DNA of 64,000 nucleotides from Amoebidium appalachense. Taxonomy: Eukaryota; Protista; Ichthyosporea. Within the stretch, counting starts at the first letter, position 1. Every line of letters begins with the position of its first letter. A program made the translations under genes and the position numbers. Below the pieces are notes generated by a model. It ran no database searches. It had not been told where the DNA came from and worked only from the letters and a program-made list of their open reading frames with translations. Positions 43,517 through 56,203 of the stretch are shown here, one piece after another. Location: positions 5,311,264 to 5,375,263 of the forward strand of contig CAVNZM010000006.1 in NCBI GenBank assembly GCA_963693365.1. The letters are read 5' to 3'.

Positions 43517-44087
43517 TGTGTATGTTTGGGGGGGGGGGGGGGGGGGGGGGAGGGGGGGGGAGGCTAGGGTGTGCGTGTGTGTGCAGATGAACCAAGGATG
43601 ACACATAAGCGAAGAATCTTTTCTGTGGTGGTGGAGTTGTTGGGCGCCTGCGGGGGGAGGGGGGGGGGGGGGGGATGTTGCCTCGAGTCTTTCAAAGCCA
43701 TCCTTCTTGAACAGAGGCTTGCCATCCGGTCTGGGCGGCACATCCTTGTAGGTGTTTTTGAACTCCACCAGCCGCGAGACCAGCGTGTATGGGTCGGGAA
43801 TGACCCGCCGGATGCGCTCCATGAAGTAGCTCAGGTCGCCGCCCTTGAGCTCGGTTTTAATGTCGATGCCCTTCTGCTCCAGCACCCCCTGTGAGGCAGG
43901 ATGCCAATATTAATTTACTACGCACACTGCAATTTGGGTTTTGTAGACTTTGATAGCTGCCGTTATTGTAGGACCCCTCCCCTCCACCCCCCCCATCTTC
44001 TCCCCCAACACAAGTAAAAAATGCATGTGGCTGTTTCCCCCCACAACCCTACATTAATTCTCTCTAGGCATATGAATAACCCCCCAC

Positions 44088-44118
<31 letters not shown>

Positions 44119-44282
44119 TTGCCCCCCCTTTCTCTGAGGCTCAGGCTCTCTCTCTTCCCTCAGAAGTTTTGTCGAGGGTGTGCATGGTTGTGGGTGGAAT
44201 GGTGAGTGTGTGCTAATAAGTGTATGTGTGTGTGCGCGTCACGCATGTTGTTGTAACACAGTTGCCGTTTTTTTTTTTTTTT

Positions 44283-44313
<31 letters not shown>

Positions 44314-46260
44314 GCACCTTCACATGTCCGTAATCCTCTTCATTCCACACAAATATTGCCTCGCTGAGTGCGCGTGCGTACTCAGCCCTGCGGGGGTGTG
44401 ACTTGTACGTGCCGTCCGCCGTGTTTGCAATGGAGTGGAAGGCGTCATTCAGCACAGTCTGCCACACCACCTCCCCAGGCGGTGCCTGGCCCAACATGCC
44501 CTCTCTGGGAGCTGCCTCGGGTCCCCCTGGGGCTGCCTCAAGGCCCCCCGGGGCTGCCTGGGGGTCCTGGGGGGGTGCCTGTGGGCCGGCAAGGGGTTGC
44601 TGCTGCTCGGCAGGGGGAGGACTGGCAGGGGGAGGGGCTGGGTCAGGGACCACCGGCACCTCGGCACCTGGGTCCGGTGGGGGCTGAATGGGCCGTAGCC
44701 ACTGCAGGTGCACCATCAGCTTAAAGGGCGGCGGGCCCAGCTCGCCCAGGATCTTGCCCTTGTCGGGGCCAAAGGGCACCTGCATGGCCGGCGACAGCAC
44801 CTGATCCACCCGCACCACTGCATGCTTCTTGCCCACCTTCATGCCCCCCCAGCGCTCCGGCTGCACAGCCAGCACCACCCCGGTGGCTGCTGCAGCATGT
44901 GGGCCCCGCCTGGGCACAATCTCAACCCCTTCACCGAGTGCCTTTGCATGAAGCCGCGCTGCATGTCATAGAGGGAAGCAAAAAACTCAGCCAAAAAGCC
45001 ACAACACCAACGTTTTTCTCTTCGCTCCACAAATATCAAATGCATATCCCTTAGCAACCCCCTTCCCCCCCCCCCCCCCCCCCCTTCTCCCCTACCCCCC
45101 CCCCCCCCCCCCCCCCTCTCCCAGTGCCCCGCTTGTGTGGCACTTGCACGTGTTAACAGTGCTATAGCCCCCCCCCCCCCCCCCCCCCCCCCCCACCACC
45201 ACCACCAATCAGGCTGCCCCCCTCCTTTGATAGCCACCCGACACCCAGCATAACACAACTGGAACACTGGCCCATGTGATCAGCCCCCCCCCCCCCCGGC
45301 CCCCCGGCCCCCCCCCCCCCCCCCCTCCTCCCCCTCCCCTCTCCTCTGGGGGGCCCACAATCTTTCTATATCTGGCATAAGCACATAAGCACTGGGGCAA
45401 AAAGCAGGTGGGATACACACCTGACAGGTTTGGCCTATCGACCACGGCCGAGTAGACCTGCAGGGACGCATATGCATCAAGGGCAGCGTAGGTGGCCTGC
45501 ACACCTGATAGCGGCTCGTGCCAGTTGGAGCACCGAACAAGTGCCGGCTTGGGCAGCTTCTTGCCTATGACCTGGGCAGTGATGTCGGCCAAGCCCCGGC
45601 CGCGGGCCGCAGAGGTGATAGCTGCACGGGCGTAGCAGAACCGGCCCAGCTCCAGATAGATGGCCACAGGGGTGCCGTAGTCCTTGTTGAGGTGGGCCGA
45701 GTCCGTGCCGATCTGCTTGCCCACCTTGATGATGCTGGGGTCCCTAAGCAGCGCAATCAGCTCGTCCACCAGCCGCGCGGTTGGGGCCCATGCGTGCCAA
45801 GTGGAAGATGTACACGGCCCGTGCGGTGGCAATCTGCAGCGTGCAAACTTTGGACCGCGCCTGGCCCACCCGATCATCCACTTGCAGTCCAGCCCCACCA
45901 CCCGGTGCTGCTGCCCCTCCAGGTCGGCCCGAATGGCCGCTGTGGCCACCACCGCCCCCTGGCAGTCGGTGTACACCGGCTTAGGGTAGTTGGCCGGCAG
46001 CTCCAGCCCAGGCAGACCGTCCGTCACGCTTACCAGCGCAGCCTCGTTCAGACGGATGGGGCATTTTGGCCGGGCTAGGGTTGGAAACATGCGCTCAACA
46101 AACGCCCGGTCTTGGCAGCACCGATCCGTGTAGAAGAAGGCCGGGCCCTTGCTGTTGAGCGCCGCCGTGGTGGCAGAGATGCGCTGGATCACGGGCTCAT
46201 TCTCCTGGTGGCTGCAGTCCCGTGTAAATACCTGCGCCCGGATCTCTGGGGTGCCGCACT
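41702..46260 (-). mobile_element. Dada-like DNA transposon: DDE transposase with inserted DEDDy/WRN-type 3'-5' exonuclease, intron-containing, degenerate or 5'-truncated
   Basis: Exons ~46250-45421, 44958-44318, 43888-43682 (GC donor) and 43303-41702 join in frame. Motifs: FYTDRCC (second catalytic D), VVGLDCKW...LLRDPSIIKVG...VRCSNW..PLS..Q..YAALDAYAS (WRN exonuclease), LNDAFH (DxxH), RRVIP.P, GCLSDPPG.PLYY...YRCIRGTNEVEGAVH (catalytic E), and C-terminal CKTC..CPG..C. GC-richer than the host genes. Confidence 0.8.
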
Positions 46261-46793
46261 GTGTGAGAGGGCATCTCCGAGCAGCCATGCATGTTCTAGC
46301 TTCCCTTACCACATGGCCCTTCCCGAGACTTCATGTGCCCACACAATCCTTTCCCCCTCCCTCCCCCCAAACTCATGTGCCCACATACTTTCCCCTCCCT
46401 CCCCCCCCAAAACTCTCCTTCCCCCCCCCTCCCCCCCCCTCCCCCTCCCCCCCCCCCTCCCCCTCCCCCTCCCCCCTCCCCCTCCCCCCCCACTCTCCCC
46501 CCCCCTCCTCCCCTCTTCTCCCCCCCTCACTGCGTGTGTGTGCGCGTGTATGTGGCAGTGTCGAAGTTATGTGCAGATGCGCGTTCTATGTGCTGGTTAT
46601 AGGGAGCAAGTGTGCGTACACGTCTGACGGAGGAGGGGGAGGGGGGGGGGGGGGAAAGAAGGGGGTGAGGCCTAGGGGGGAGGGGTCCAAGGGGTTCCAT
46701 GTCACTGTGTGGTGGTAGTGGTGGTGGGAGGAAGAGGAAAACGGTTGGTAACCATGAGGGCAGCCTGAGGGGGAAACGTATGACGGGGCCTAG

Positions 46794-46850
46794 GAAGTGG
46801 GTCAGCCCGGGAGTGCCTCATACAGGAGAACGCGTCCGACATACCCCCTC

Positions 46851-46885
<35 letters not shown>

Positions 46886-46978
46886 ACCCCCCACCCCCCT
46901 CCCACGCCCCTCCCACCTCTCTCCCCCCTCCCCCCCCCCCCCCCCCCGGCCCTAAATTCTCCCGGGCTGACCCACTTC
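46794..46978. repeat. Perfect 20-bp inverted repeat upstream of the Dada-like ORF
   Basis: GAAGTGGGTCAGCCCGGGAG (46794-46813) and CTCCCGGGCTGACCCACTTC (46959-46978). Confidence 0.9.
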
Positions 46979-47814
46979 TCAGAGAGAGCAAGGGGGGGAG
47001 GGAGGTGGGGAGGGGAAAACACAACTAGTGCTTGAGCAATAACATCTCCATATAGGTTTTAAGTAAACACACACGGGAACATGTTTTGCTATTGTTGTTC
47101 CAGTTGGCAACCCTCAGTCTGGGAAGATGGCAATTTTCAGGACCCTACTTTCGTCTTTCAAAGTTTCCTGTTTTTATATTTTTTATAATTTTTTTTATTT
47201 TTTATTATTGTTTAAGGGCCCTAATGATGAAGGGAGAGGCCGGATGCTTGGAAAAGGGTTTTTTTTTTTTTTTTTGTAGGGGGAGGGAGGGGAGGGAAGG
47301 GGGAGGGGGGGAGAGGGGGAGGCGGGGTTTATTTTTTGAAACTCGGGGGGAGGGGGCCCGCGAGAAGGGGGGGGGAGGGTGGGGTGGGTGGGGGGGGGAG
47401 GGGGGGGGATGGGGAGGTGCTGGGGAGGAGGTCGGATGAGGGGGAAGGTGGGGTGGAGGGGTGGGGGGGGGGGGGGGGGGGATTTGGAAATAACCACGTG
47501 GAAGGTTGAGTTGGCCGGGCATATAGGTGAGAGGCCGGGGGGAGGGGGGTTTGTGAGAGGGGGGTTTAAGCAAAAGGGGGAAAACAGCGGCGGGGAGGGG
47601 AGGGGGGAGTACTGGGCCGGGGGGGGGGGGGGGGGGGGGGGGGGTACTGGTGGGAGGAGGAGGGGGGGGGGGGGGGGTTGTTAAAGCAAAGGGAGGAAAA
47701 AAGGGTAAGGGAACGGTGCAGCTTGCTCGTTTATATCTAGCCACTCGTTTTACAGTCTACCCTGGGGGAGGGGGGGGGGGGGGGGGGGGGATGGGGGGGA
47801 AACAAACGACATGA

Positions 47815-47869
<55 letters not shown>

Positions 47870-47995
47870 TGGTCCAGTGACGAGAAACGAAGACAATGAT
47901 CGGGTTGTTAAAATTATCTTGTACTTTAAAAAAAAAATTACGTTCACACTGAAGTCTCACAAATACAAAAACCATTCACATGCTACCAAGAAAAC

Positions 47996-49017
47996 CTAGT
48001 AGGAAGATCGAACTGAAATTTCTAACCCCGTCTGCCCATCCAGTGGGTCACTGTGGGTTTGACTATGACGAAAGCTCGGCGATTCGGAAATATTATTCCC
48101 GGTTGGGGATTCAAGATAACTGCGGGAATCCCAACCGTACTTCAAGAAAAAAGACTTGGTTGCGGCTGCCGCAGGCGCCTGAAAATTTAAAGAATCTCGC
48201 GCTACCTCCTCATGTCCTCTACTGCTCTCAGTCACGGATATCACTGGTCCGATGTATTTGCATCCGTGATTCTTAGCTAATCCCGGAGCGGCATACACCT
48301 GCATATTTACGCTCCCGGACGACCTATTCATTCCTTGACCAGTGGGATAAGGGCCGGTAAGAGTCCGTTTTTCCGCCACGACGACCGATCTAATTATAGC
48401 CCATTGGAGCACTATTGATACGTATTGCAGTATGGTATTTAGTGCAAGTAGTAGAAGACTCGGAGAAAGATTCGTCAACAATTGGGGGGTGTGCGCGAAA
48501 GTAGCGGTGAGCGCGTAGCCAATCAGAAACGACGCAGATATCAACAGCAGGAGTTTTGCCTGTGCCATTTCGTGTTCCTTTAAATACGCCCTTTTGCGGT
48601 AGAGGAGGAGGGAGGACGCGAGAAAAAGGAGGAGGAGGGTAAATTCCAGTGTGAGCCGGACGATGCTGAACTTGCTCTGGCCCCCGTGAACAAGGGGGGG
48701 TTCATCCGGCCTGTGGAGCGAAAATTGAAAATGTGAGTTGGGGATTGGGTCAACATCATTGGGAGGGGCAGGGGGATCAAAAAAGGGTCAGGTGGTGGTG
48801 GGGTTGGTGGGGAGGGGGCGGTTGGAAGGAAGGTTTGGGAGGGGGTGGGGGGGGGGGGGGGGGGGGGGGAGGGGAGGGGGGGGGGGGAAGGGGGGGAGAG
48901 GGGGCGGAGAGGGAGGCGGGATTGTGGGGGGAAGGGGGGAGTGAGGGGGAGATAGAGGGGAAAAGCCTCGGGAACGGAAAGAGGCGGGAGAAAGGGGCCC
49001 GGAGGTCTAGGGGAAAG

Positions 49018-49048
<31 letters not shown>

Positions 49049-50645
49049 GGGGGGAGGGAGGGGTTGAGAGAGTTTGGGGTGGACAGAGGGGAGAAGGGGG
49101 TTAAGGGTAAGGGGAAGGAAAGCAATGTGGGGGGAGGGGGGAGGGGGGGGGAGAAGGGAGAGAAGGGGGGAGGCTGTGAGAGAAGCCGAAAAGGTAACGT
49201 CTCATATAATAATAAGGGACTCGAGGGAGAATTGGCCGGGGGGGGGGGGGGGGGGGGGGGGGGAGGGGGGAGGGGAGAAGGGGGGGAGGGAAGGAGAAGG
49301 ATAGGAAGTTAATAAGGTGAGGGAGGGGAGATGGGTGGGGGGGGGGGGGGTTTGAATCGGATATACATACATGAGTGCACATAGTCAATCTGTGTGTGTG
49401 CGTGTGTATGTGTATGTGGTGTGTGGGGCGTGTGTGTGTGTGTACGTGTGAGCGCATTTTTTGAGGGGGGGAGGGGGAGGGGAGGGGAAGAGAAGACAGT
49501 GGTGGAGGGGAGGGGAGGGGAGGGGGGAAAGAGAAGACAGGGGGGGGAGGGGGAGGAGAAGAGAAGACAGCGGCGGAGGGTGGGGGAAAGAGAAGACAAC
49601 GGGGAGGGGACGGGGGGGGGGGGGGGGGGAAGAGAAGACAGGGGGGAGGGTGGGGGGAAGAGAAGACCAGGGGGGGGAGAAGGGGGAAGAGAAGACAGGG
49701 GGAGAAGGGCAGGGGGAGGGGGGTGGGGAGGAGGGGAGGGGAGACACAGAAGTATTTACGCGTGCACACATTTTTTTGGGGGGGAGGGGGAGGGGGAGGG
49801 GAGGGGAAGAGAAGACAGTGGTGGTGGTGGGGGGGGGGGGGGGGAAGTGGGGAAAGAGAATACAGGGGGGGAGGGGGGGGGAGAAGAGAAGACAGCGGCG
49901 GAGGGTGGGGGGAAGAGAAGACAACGGGGAGGGGACGGGGTGTGGGGGAAGAGAAGACAGGGGGGAGGGTGGTGGGAAGAGAAGACCATTGGGGGGAGAA
50001 GGGGGAAGAGAAGACAGGGGGAGAAGGGCAGGGGGTGGGAGGGTGGAGAGGAGGGGAGGGGAGACACAGAGGTGACGGCATTGAACTCAGCTTTGATTGG
50101 AGGGGAGGGGTGGGCATGAGAAGGGGGGGAACTTCAAGGAAGAGGGGCTAGGGGAGGCGGGAGATGGCGGTGGTAAAAATGGCAGAGCCACAAATGTGGT
50201 GCAATAAGTCATTACAAGGAACTAGAAGGCAGTAGGCGATTTCTTCAAATCCACCAATCACAAACGGTGCATAGAGGAGGGTAAAAGCGTGTGGATCCAC
50301 GAATCACAAGCGATGCACAGAGGAGGGTAAAAGCGAGCAGTGCAACTTGGCAAGTTCTCACCTCACTATAAGGCAGTAGATGATCTCCGAGAATCCACCA
50401 ATCACAAACGGTGCGTAGAGGAGGGTAAAAGCGCGCAGCAACCACGTTGCGTTGAGGTATAGGTATTTTGTGTCGTCCAACACGCGGGGAGTGAGCCACC
50501 TCACGTGTACGCCGATGATTCTAGGCCACCCGTAGTAACAGGCGAGCATCCGTGCGTATAGGAGGGAGAGGGGGAGGTAGCGTAGCGGGTTCACCCACCA
50601 CCACACCATGCAGAAGGTTAGGCGGAAGTGTAGCTGTATATATAG

Positions 50646-50676
<31 letters not shown>

Positions 50677-50767
50677 GGGGAGGGCGGGGGAAGGGGGGGA
50701 GGAGGAGGGGGGAGCCGCTGAGGAAGGTTGGATGGATGGAATCAATAACGGTTTTGGGTATGCACGT

Positions 50768-50819
<52 letters not shown>

Positions 50820-50963
50820 TGTGTATGTATGTGTGTGTGTGTATGTGTACGGTGTGTGTATGTGTGTGTGTATATGTGTGTGTGTGTATGTGTGTGTGTG
50901 TGTATGTGTGTGTGTGTATGCGTTTGTGTGTGTGTGTGTGTATGCGTGTGTGTGTATGTGTGT

Positions 50964-51016
<53 letters not shown>

Positions 51017-51066
51017 TGTGTGTATGTGTGTGTGTGTGTGTATGTGTGTGTGTGTGTGTGTGTATG

Positions 51067-51142
<76 letters not shown>

Positions 51143-51198
51143 CGCGCGCGCGCGCGTGCGTGCGTGTCCTCGCGCGCGCGCGCATGTGTGTGTGTTGT

Positions 51199-51229
<31 letters not shown>

Positions 51230-52074
51230 GGGGGGATCAATGTCAAATTTGGATGGTGCACGTGGGGGTAGGTGTTTTTTTTTCTTTTTTTTTTCCCTTT
51301 TTTTGTAAAGGGGACGAGGGGGGGGGGGTGGGGGGTGGGGGGGGGGGGGGGGGGGGGGGGGGGGAGGGCGAAGGGGAGGGGGAGGGGGAAGGGGGGAGTT
51401 GGGTTTCGGACAGGTTGGGGAGGCGGATGGGGCATTTTTATATAGGATGAAAATGATAAGAGAAGAGTGCGTAGGACGTTCGGACGGGATACTGATTAGC
51501 ATGATTCTTTTCTTCAAACAAAAAAGGCAATGCATTTGAGCTCGAGGCTATTGCATTACATTAAAACGATCGGGATAATAAATACCCGATTCTGTTCACC
51601 ACTCTGGATTCTTCGTTTTACAATTCATCGTCTCCTTTTGTGTTCAATAAATTAGTGCATGGCAGCCAGTGGTGCTCTTAAACTCTCTTTAGTGTCCTGT
51701 TTCTGTTTGTTTTTTTTCAAAAAAAAGGACGTGGGAAAGAAAGGGAGGAAATGGGGGGGGGGGGGGGGGGGGGGGGGGGGGATTACACAACACACCTTTA
51801 TGTTATCGTTTATGAGATAAACATATGACATGGTGCTGCCCTCAGACCTATAAGGCCACAGAAGACATCCAAGCATCAGTTGACTAATCATAAACCCCAA
51901 AGAGGGCAAAAGCGCAAAGCACGCCGCCCTATTTCTCTGTTTTTGCAATTTGTGACGGCGAATATACAAGAAACCCCCCGCGAGAAAAACAATGTCGGCG
52001 GAGCCGTTGCACCAACAGAGCACGGACGAGGCGATGCGGACGTTGGGCTCGACTAGGTTCCCCTGCGCATCCAT
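47996..52074 (-). CDS. Orphan seven-transmembrane (GPCR-like) protein, ~421 aa
   Basis: Exons 52074-51796, 50633-50362 and 48710-47996 join in frame at GT-AG. Seven hydrophobic segments, a basic first loop (RRHKLQKQRN), a Cys at the start of TM3 followed by ...LSLLYARML, and a Ser-rich cytoplasmic tail. The start codon is uncertain because of a local duplication at ~52097-52210. Confidence 0.75.
49480..50070. repeat. Intronic minisatellite built on GAAGAGAAGACA units separated by G-runs
   Basis: More than ten copies of AGAGAAGAC(A/C) interspersed with poly-G in intron 2 of the 7TM gene. Confidence 0.85.
50225..50436. repeat. Triplicated 3' segment of 7TM exon 2
   Basis: ATCCAC.AATCACAA.CG.TGC..AGAGGAGGGTAAAAGCG occurs at ~50249, ~50296 and ~50393; the last copy is coding. 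Confidence 0.85.
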
Positions 52075-55000
52075 ATTTCGGGTTTTCGGATAGTTTTGCA
52101 GGAATAAACTCCCAAAAAGGTTTCGTTATGTTGCAGCGGGCAACTCTAAATAAAGTGTCGTTGTGTTGCAGGAATAAACTCCACATGAAGCTTCGTTATA
52201 GCACAGCGGTATGCATCGATAAATAATAGTTTTCGATATGTTTTGAATTATTATAGCATTTTTAGCTGGAACCTTGCGTGTTTTGTGCAAAAATAGCAGT
52301 TGGTATTATTGTCGGTTTTACATTAGTTAGCGGTCGAAGATGACGCAGGAAGGCACTGCACGCACAATGTCATCAATTGCACACCAATTGCTACTGTAAC
52401 AGTGGCAGAGGAAACGGGGCTAGACGACGTGCTGTGTTTGTTTGTTTTTTCCTTCTTTTAAAGATAAGATTTGAGCATTCAGTCAGGTGGCATGCATGTA
52501 ACTTGAACAAAAATTGGATAAATTATTTAGTTGTTGAAGACAGTCTCATGAATACCGCAGCTTTTGAGGTCTATTAGCAGATAGTATGGTTTGAGTTTCC
52601 AGTTTTTAAGTGGGATGTAGCCTCCGCAAAATGCATGAATGGGCGACAAACTTAGTTAACTTAGTATACTATGTGTTAAAACTTCTACTCTAGCTGTAAA
52701 AATAACTTGAAACATGCACTGTGGGTGCATGACATTCAAGCACACAGGCAAAGCCTGCAGCTCTGTGAACTTGCCACAAACATGTATTCACTAACGGCCT
52801 GATTGGAAAAGACCCTAATAAACTGAAGAGGTCCACTTTGCAACCCCCTCAGGCTGGAGTTATCGTTACGCTACTGGGTATAGGCCTTTAATCCTATACT
52901 GCTACCACACAAATTTACAAACGAATTAGCTGTAGTTCCAATTTATAAGTATCTGCTTGAGCAGCAGAGAGAGGGTGCGTCAAATAGATACAACTTGATT
53001 GTGGCACAGTATCAAGTATTGTAGTTTAGTCACCACGCCGGGCCGCAATACATAAAAGTATTGCCCTGTTCTTCTGTAGAAGGATAGATTCGTTCTGTAC
53101 AAATTTGTGAAGGCCTTCCGGCGAGATTCGGTGCCGGCGGGGGGGCCATTTGCCGGCACATAGGCGGAGGTCATAGGAGGCAGTTTGAAAGTTTGGACCA
53201 GAAAAAAAATGGGCGGCCGGGGCAACTGCTGAGAGTCTGAAAGGAGCAGAGGCTTTGCTTGCAGTGTACTAAATGCATAATACTGTACATAGATTATATG
53301 TATTTCATGAATAATTTACTGACATGCATATGCATGAAAAAGTTCTTCCAAACCTTCAAAATCCTCCAGGCCATAAACCTACACATTAACACCAAACACA
53401 AAATATGATGTATTATCACCTAGGCTACTACTATGATATTAGTTAGTACTACACTGGCAGGGGGCGCGCCCTGTATCTACAGGTTATAGCATACACGTAC
53501 TGTACGTACGTGCAGCAAACTTACGCGAGGAAATGTTTTTTTTTTTTTGTTTTTTTTTGATAAATGAGAACTCATAAATTCACTGTTACAGGTAATGACT
53601 TAGGATATACATTATAAAGCCTACATTACAATAAAATAAACCGTTCTTTCGCTCGCAGTCCGTCACTCTATATATATGTAGTCTCGGAGCCCTTATGGGT
53701 GCACTTCATCTGTCCTCCTAGACCGTTGGTCCAAGTTTCAACTTTCAGGGCCATTATCCATGTGCGATTGGCTCAGATCTGCGAATGGAAAACAAAAGAT
53801 TTGTAAGCCAATAAGCTCTTGCATCTGCACCGAATGTATTTGAAAAAACATCCAATTAAAATACCGAATGTGCAACGAAACTTCGATGGAATTCTACCTT
53901 CGACATTCGACCAGCAAATGATTGATTGGTCTGTAAATACAGGTCTCGAGACCTGCACATTGCAGGTTGACGCAACCGCTAATATTGCAGTAGCACTTCA
54001 TTTCTCCGGAAATCTTACCAGTTATTTTAAACCATTCTACTATATACATAAATACATATATGTGCGCAGTTTGCACGTGAGAAGATTACTTGTATCTGGA
54101 GTTGAACTGTTGGCCCAACTCTAGGGTGATGTGCCAAAGTGGCTCCCGATTGGCGGAGCATTTTGACTCAGAATGTGTGACAGGCGGCGCTGGTGTTACA
54201 AGCTGCTGCCGTATGTTTTGTGGAAACATGACTATTCTATATTTACATGACTTGACTTTGTCCGCCTCAATTCTTTCATACTTTATACAGGCTTGATTGC
54301 ATGCGCAGGGGCAGGTGGCATAAATGTATGCATATCAATGATGAGAGTCATACCGTCTGTGCACGTGTATCATGATCATATGCATGGATCCACGTGTACG
54401 TGCACGTCGCGACGTCGACCGCCTGGCACTGCCACACGTACATGCCATGATGACTATACATCGTATGCACATCATGTATGTCATCAATTTCCTCACAAAC
54501 ACGACTGCATGATTGCAATTATAGGATCCTAGGAGATGTATACCGGTGAAATATTTCGGCCGCTCCGGCCAGCGGGAATCGAATATCGAAGTGTCCGCTT
54601 CTGACTCACACTGAGTTCGAATTCTGAGATATTCCCGGCGATCGTCGCAGATGCACCTGGGGCAACTGCAGGAGGTGATTAGTGGCGAGTGGCGACTAAA
54701 CATAATTCGTGTATGTACATATATTTTAGCATAGCCGAAAAGAAAATACAAACGAGCAATTCTAAAGTTTTACGACCAAGACTCAGTGATCACTGAAGAC
54801 AAGGCCCCGGACCAATCAAATAATCGTATCTAAAAATAGCTGCATTCACGCGCCTTCGTTCAAACAAAGCCTTCAAAAACGGTTCCAGTGAGTACGTTCC
54901 AGTACGTAGTTGGCACTATGAAACAGGCGGAAATGTCTATATGAATACTTATGTAATAACACAAAGGCGCACTTATTCAGTTTTTTGGATGTAAGATATG

Positions 55001-55136
55001 CATATGCGTGGCAGCCCTGTATCCATTTCAGCTGTTGCTAGTCTCGCTAGGAGCCCACTTGTGTACAGCAGGTCGTTTTTGTAGGGTAGCTTTCTTGTGA
55101 CTGGTTCAAAGGGGATGTGTATGAACACACGATGCC

Positions 55137-55243
55137 ACGCATGGCCCATTGTAGCAGCTACCGTTTGTCACGCATGGCTTGTAGCAGCTACCGTTTGTGC
55201 AGCTACCGTTTGTCACGCATGGCTTGTAGCAGCTACCGTTTGT
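55137..55243. repeat. Short tandem repeat (GTAGCAGCTACCGTTTGTCACGCATGGCTT, 3-4 copies) upstream of the SET gene
   Basis: GCAGCTACCGTTTGT occurs four times within ~100 bp. Confidence 0.85.
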
Positions 55244-55374
55244 GATCTTGATACTTCGAATCTTTCAAGTTCGGTGCTATTGCACTGCAGTAGATTCATC
55301 AGAGTTCCGCCTATTATACCAACCAGTGATAATTTTCTAAATGCAACGTTATAACTCTCGACTGCAAAGGCAAC

Positions 55375-56068
55375 ATGGAACCCATAACAGTGGGGTTGGC
55401 AATGGAGAGTGAGTCTTGCAGGCTCCGCAAAGAGAACAAAGAGCTACAAAACAAGCTGAAAAAGCAAGAACAGCTGGTTGAGAGTCTAACTGCACAGTTG
55501 CTGGTAATAATCCAGACCCCCCCCCCCCCCCCCCCTGTCCCTCCGCCCCCTCTTCCGTTCCCCCCGCTCCCTTCACACAAACACACGCACACACGCACGC
55601 ACACACACACACAAACACACGCACACACACACACGCACGCACACGCACACACACATGCACACACACAGACACACACACACGAGAGCCTGCCCACCATCCA
55701 GTTCTCTTTATCCTTCCCCTTCCATCCTTCTCTTCATCCCCTTCCCCTCCAACTCTCCTAGAAGCTCCTCAGCAGTACCCTTCCATGTTTCCTCTCTTTC
55801 ACGACCCAACCCTCTCATTCGTTTCCCTTCAATGCCTTTCCATCCTCTCTCCTCGTTTCAAAGTCCTCTTATAGGCGGGCATCGTTCTTGCTTTGTTGCT
55901 GTATGGCAATTTCAACCGGCTGTTTCTCTGTGGAACCCACCTCCTCCTCTCCCCCTTGATCTCCTCCCTCCTCACACATACACGCAGTCTCTCTCTTCCT
56001 TTCTCTGTTTCTCTCTTGCTCGCCCCCCCCCCCCCCCCCCCCCCCCCCCCCGCCGACCTCCTTTCTCG

Positions 56069-56102
<34 letters not shown>

Positions 56103-56167
56103 CTCCCTCTCTTTCACTTCCCCCCCCCCCCCCCCCCCCCCCCCCCCACACACACACACGTGCAAAC

Positions 56168-56203
<36 letters not shown>

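Noticed and set aside
49480-50070. Regularly spaced repeats resembling a CRISPR array
   Set aside because: The spacers are G-runs rather than unique sequence, the context is a eukaryotic intron, and there are no cas genes.
54340-54480. Dense short palindromes (CACGTG, TGCA, ACGTCGCGACGT)
   Set aside because: These are expected from the genome's alternating purine-pyrimidine bias, and no larger structure is evident.
54560-54650. tRNA-like fragment (TTCGATTCCC on the minus strand) as a possible Dada target
   Set aside because: No cloverleaf can be folded, it is better explained as a local imperfect inverted repeat, and it is far from the element.
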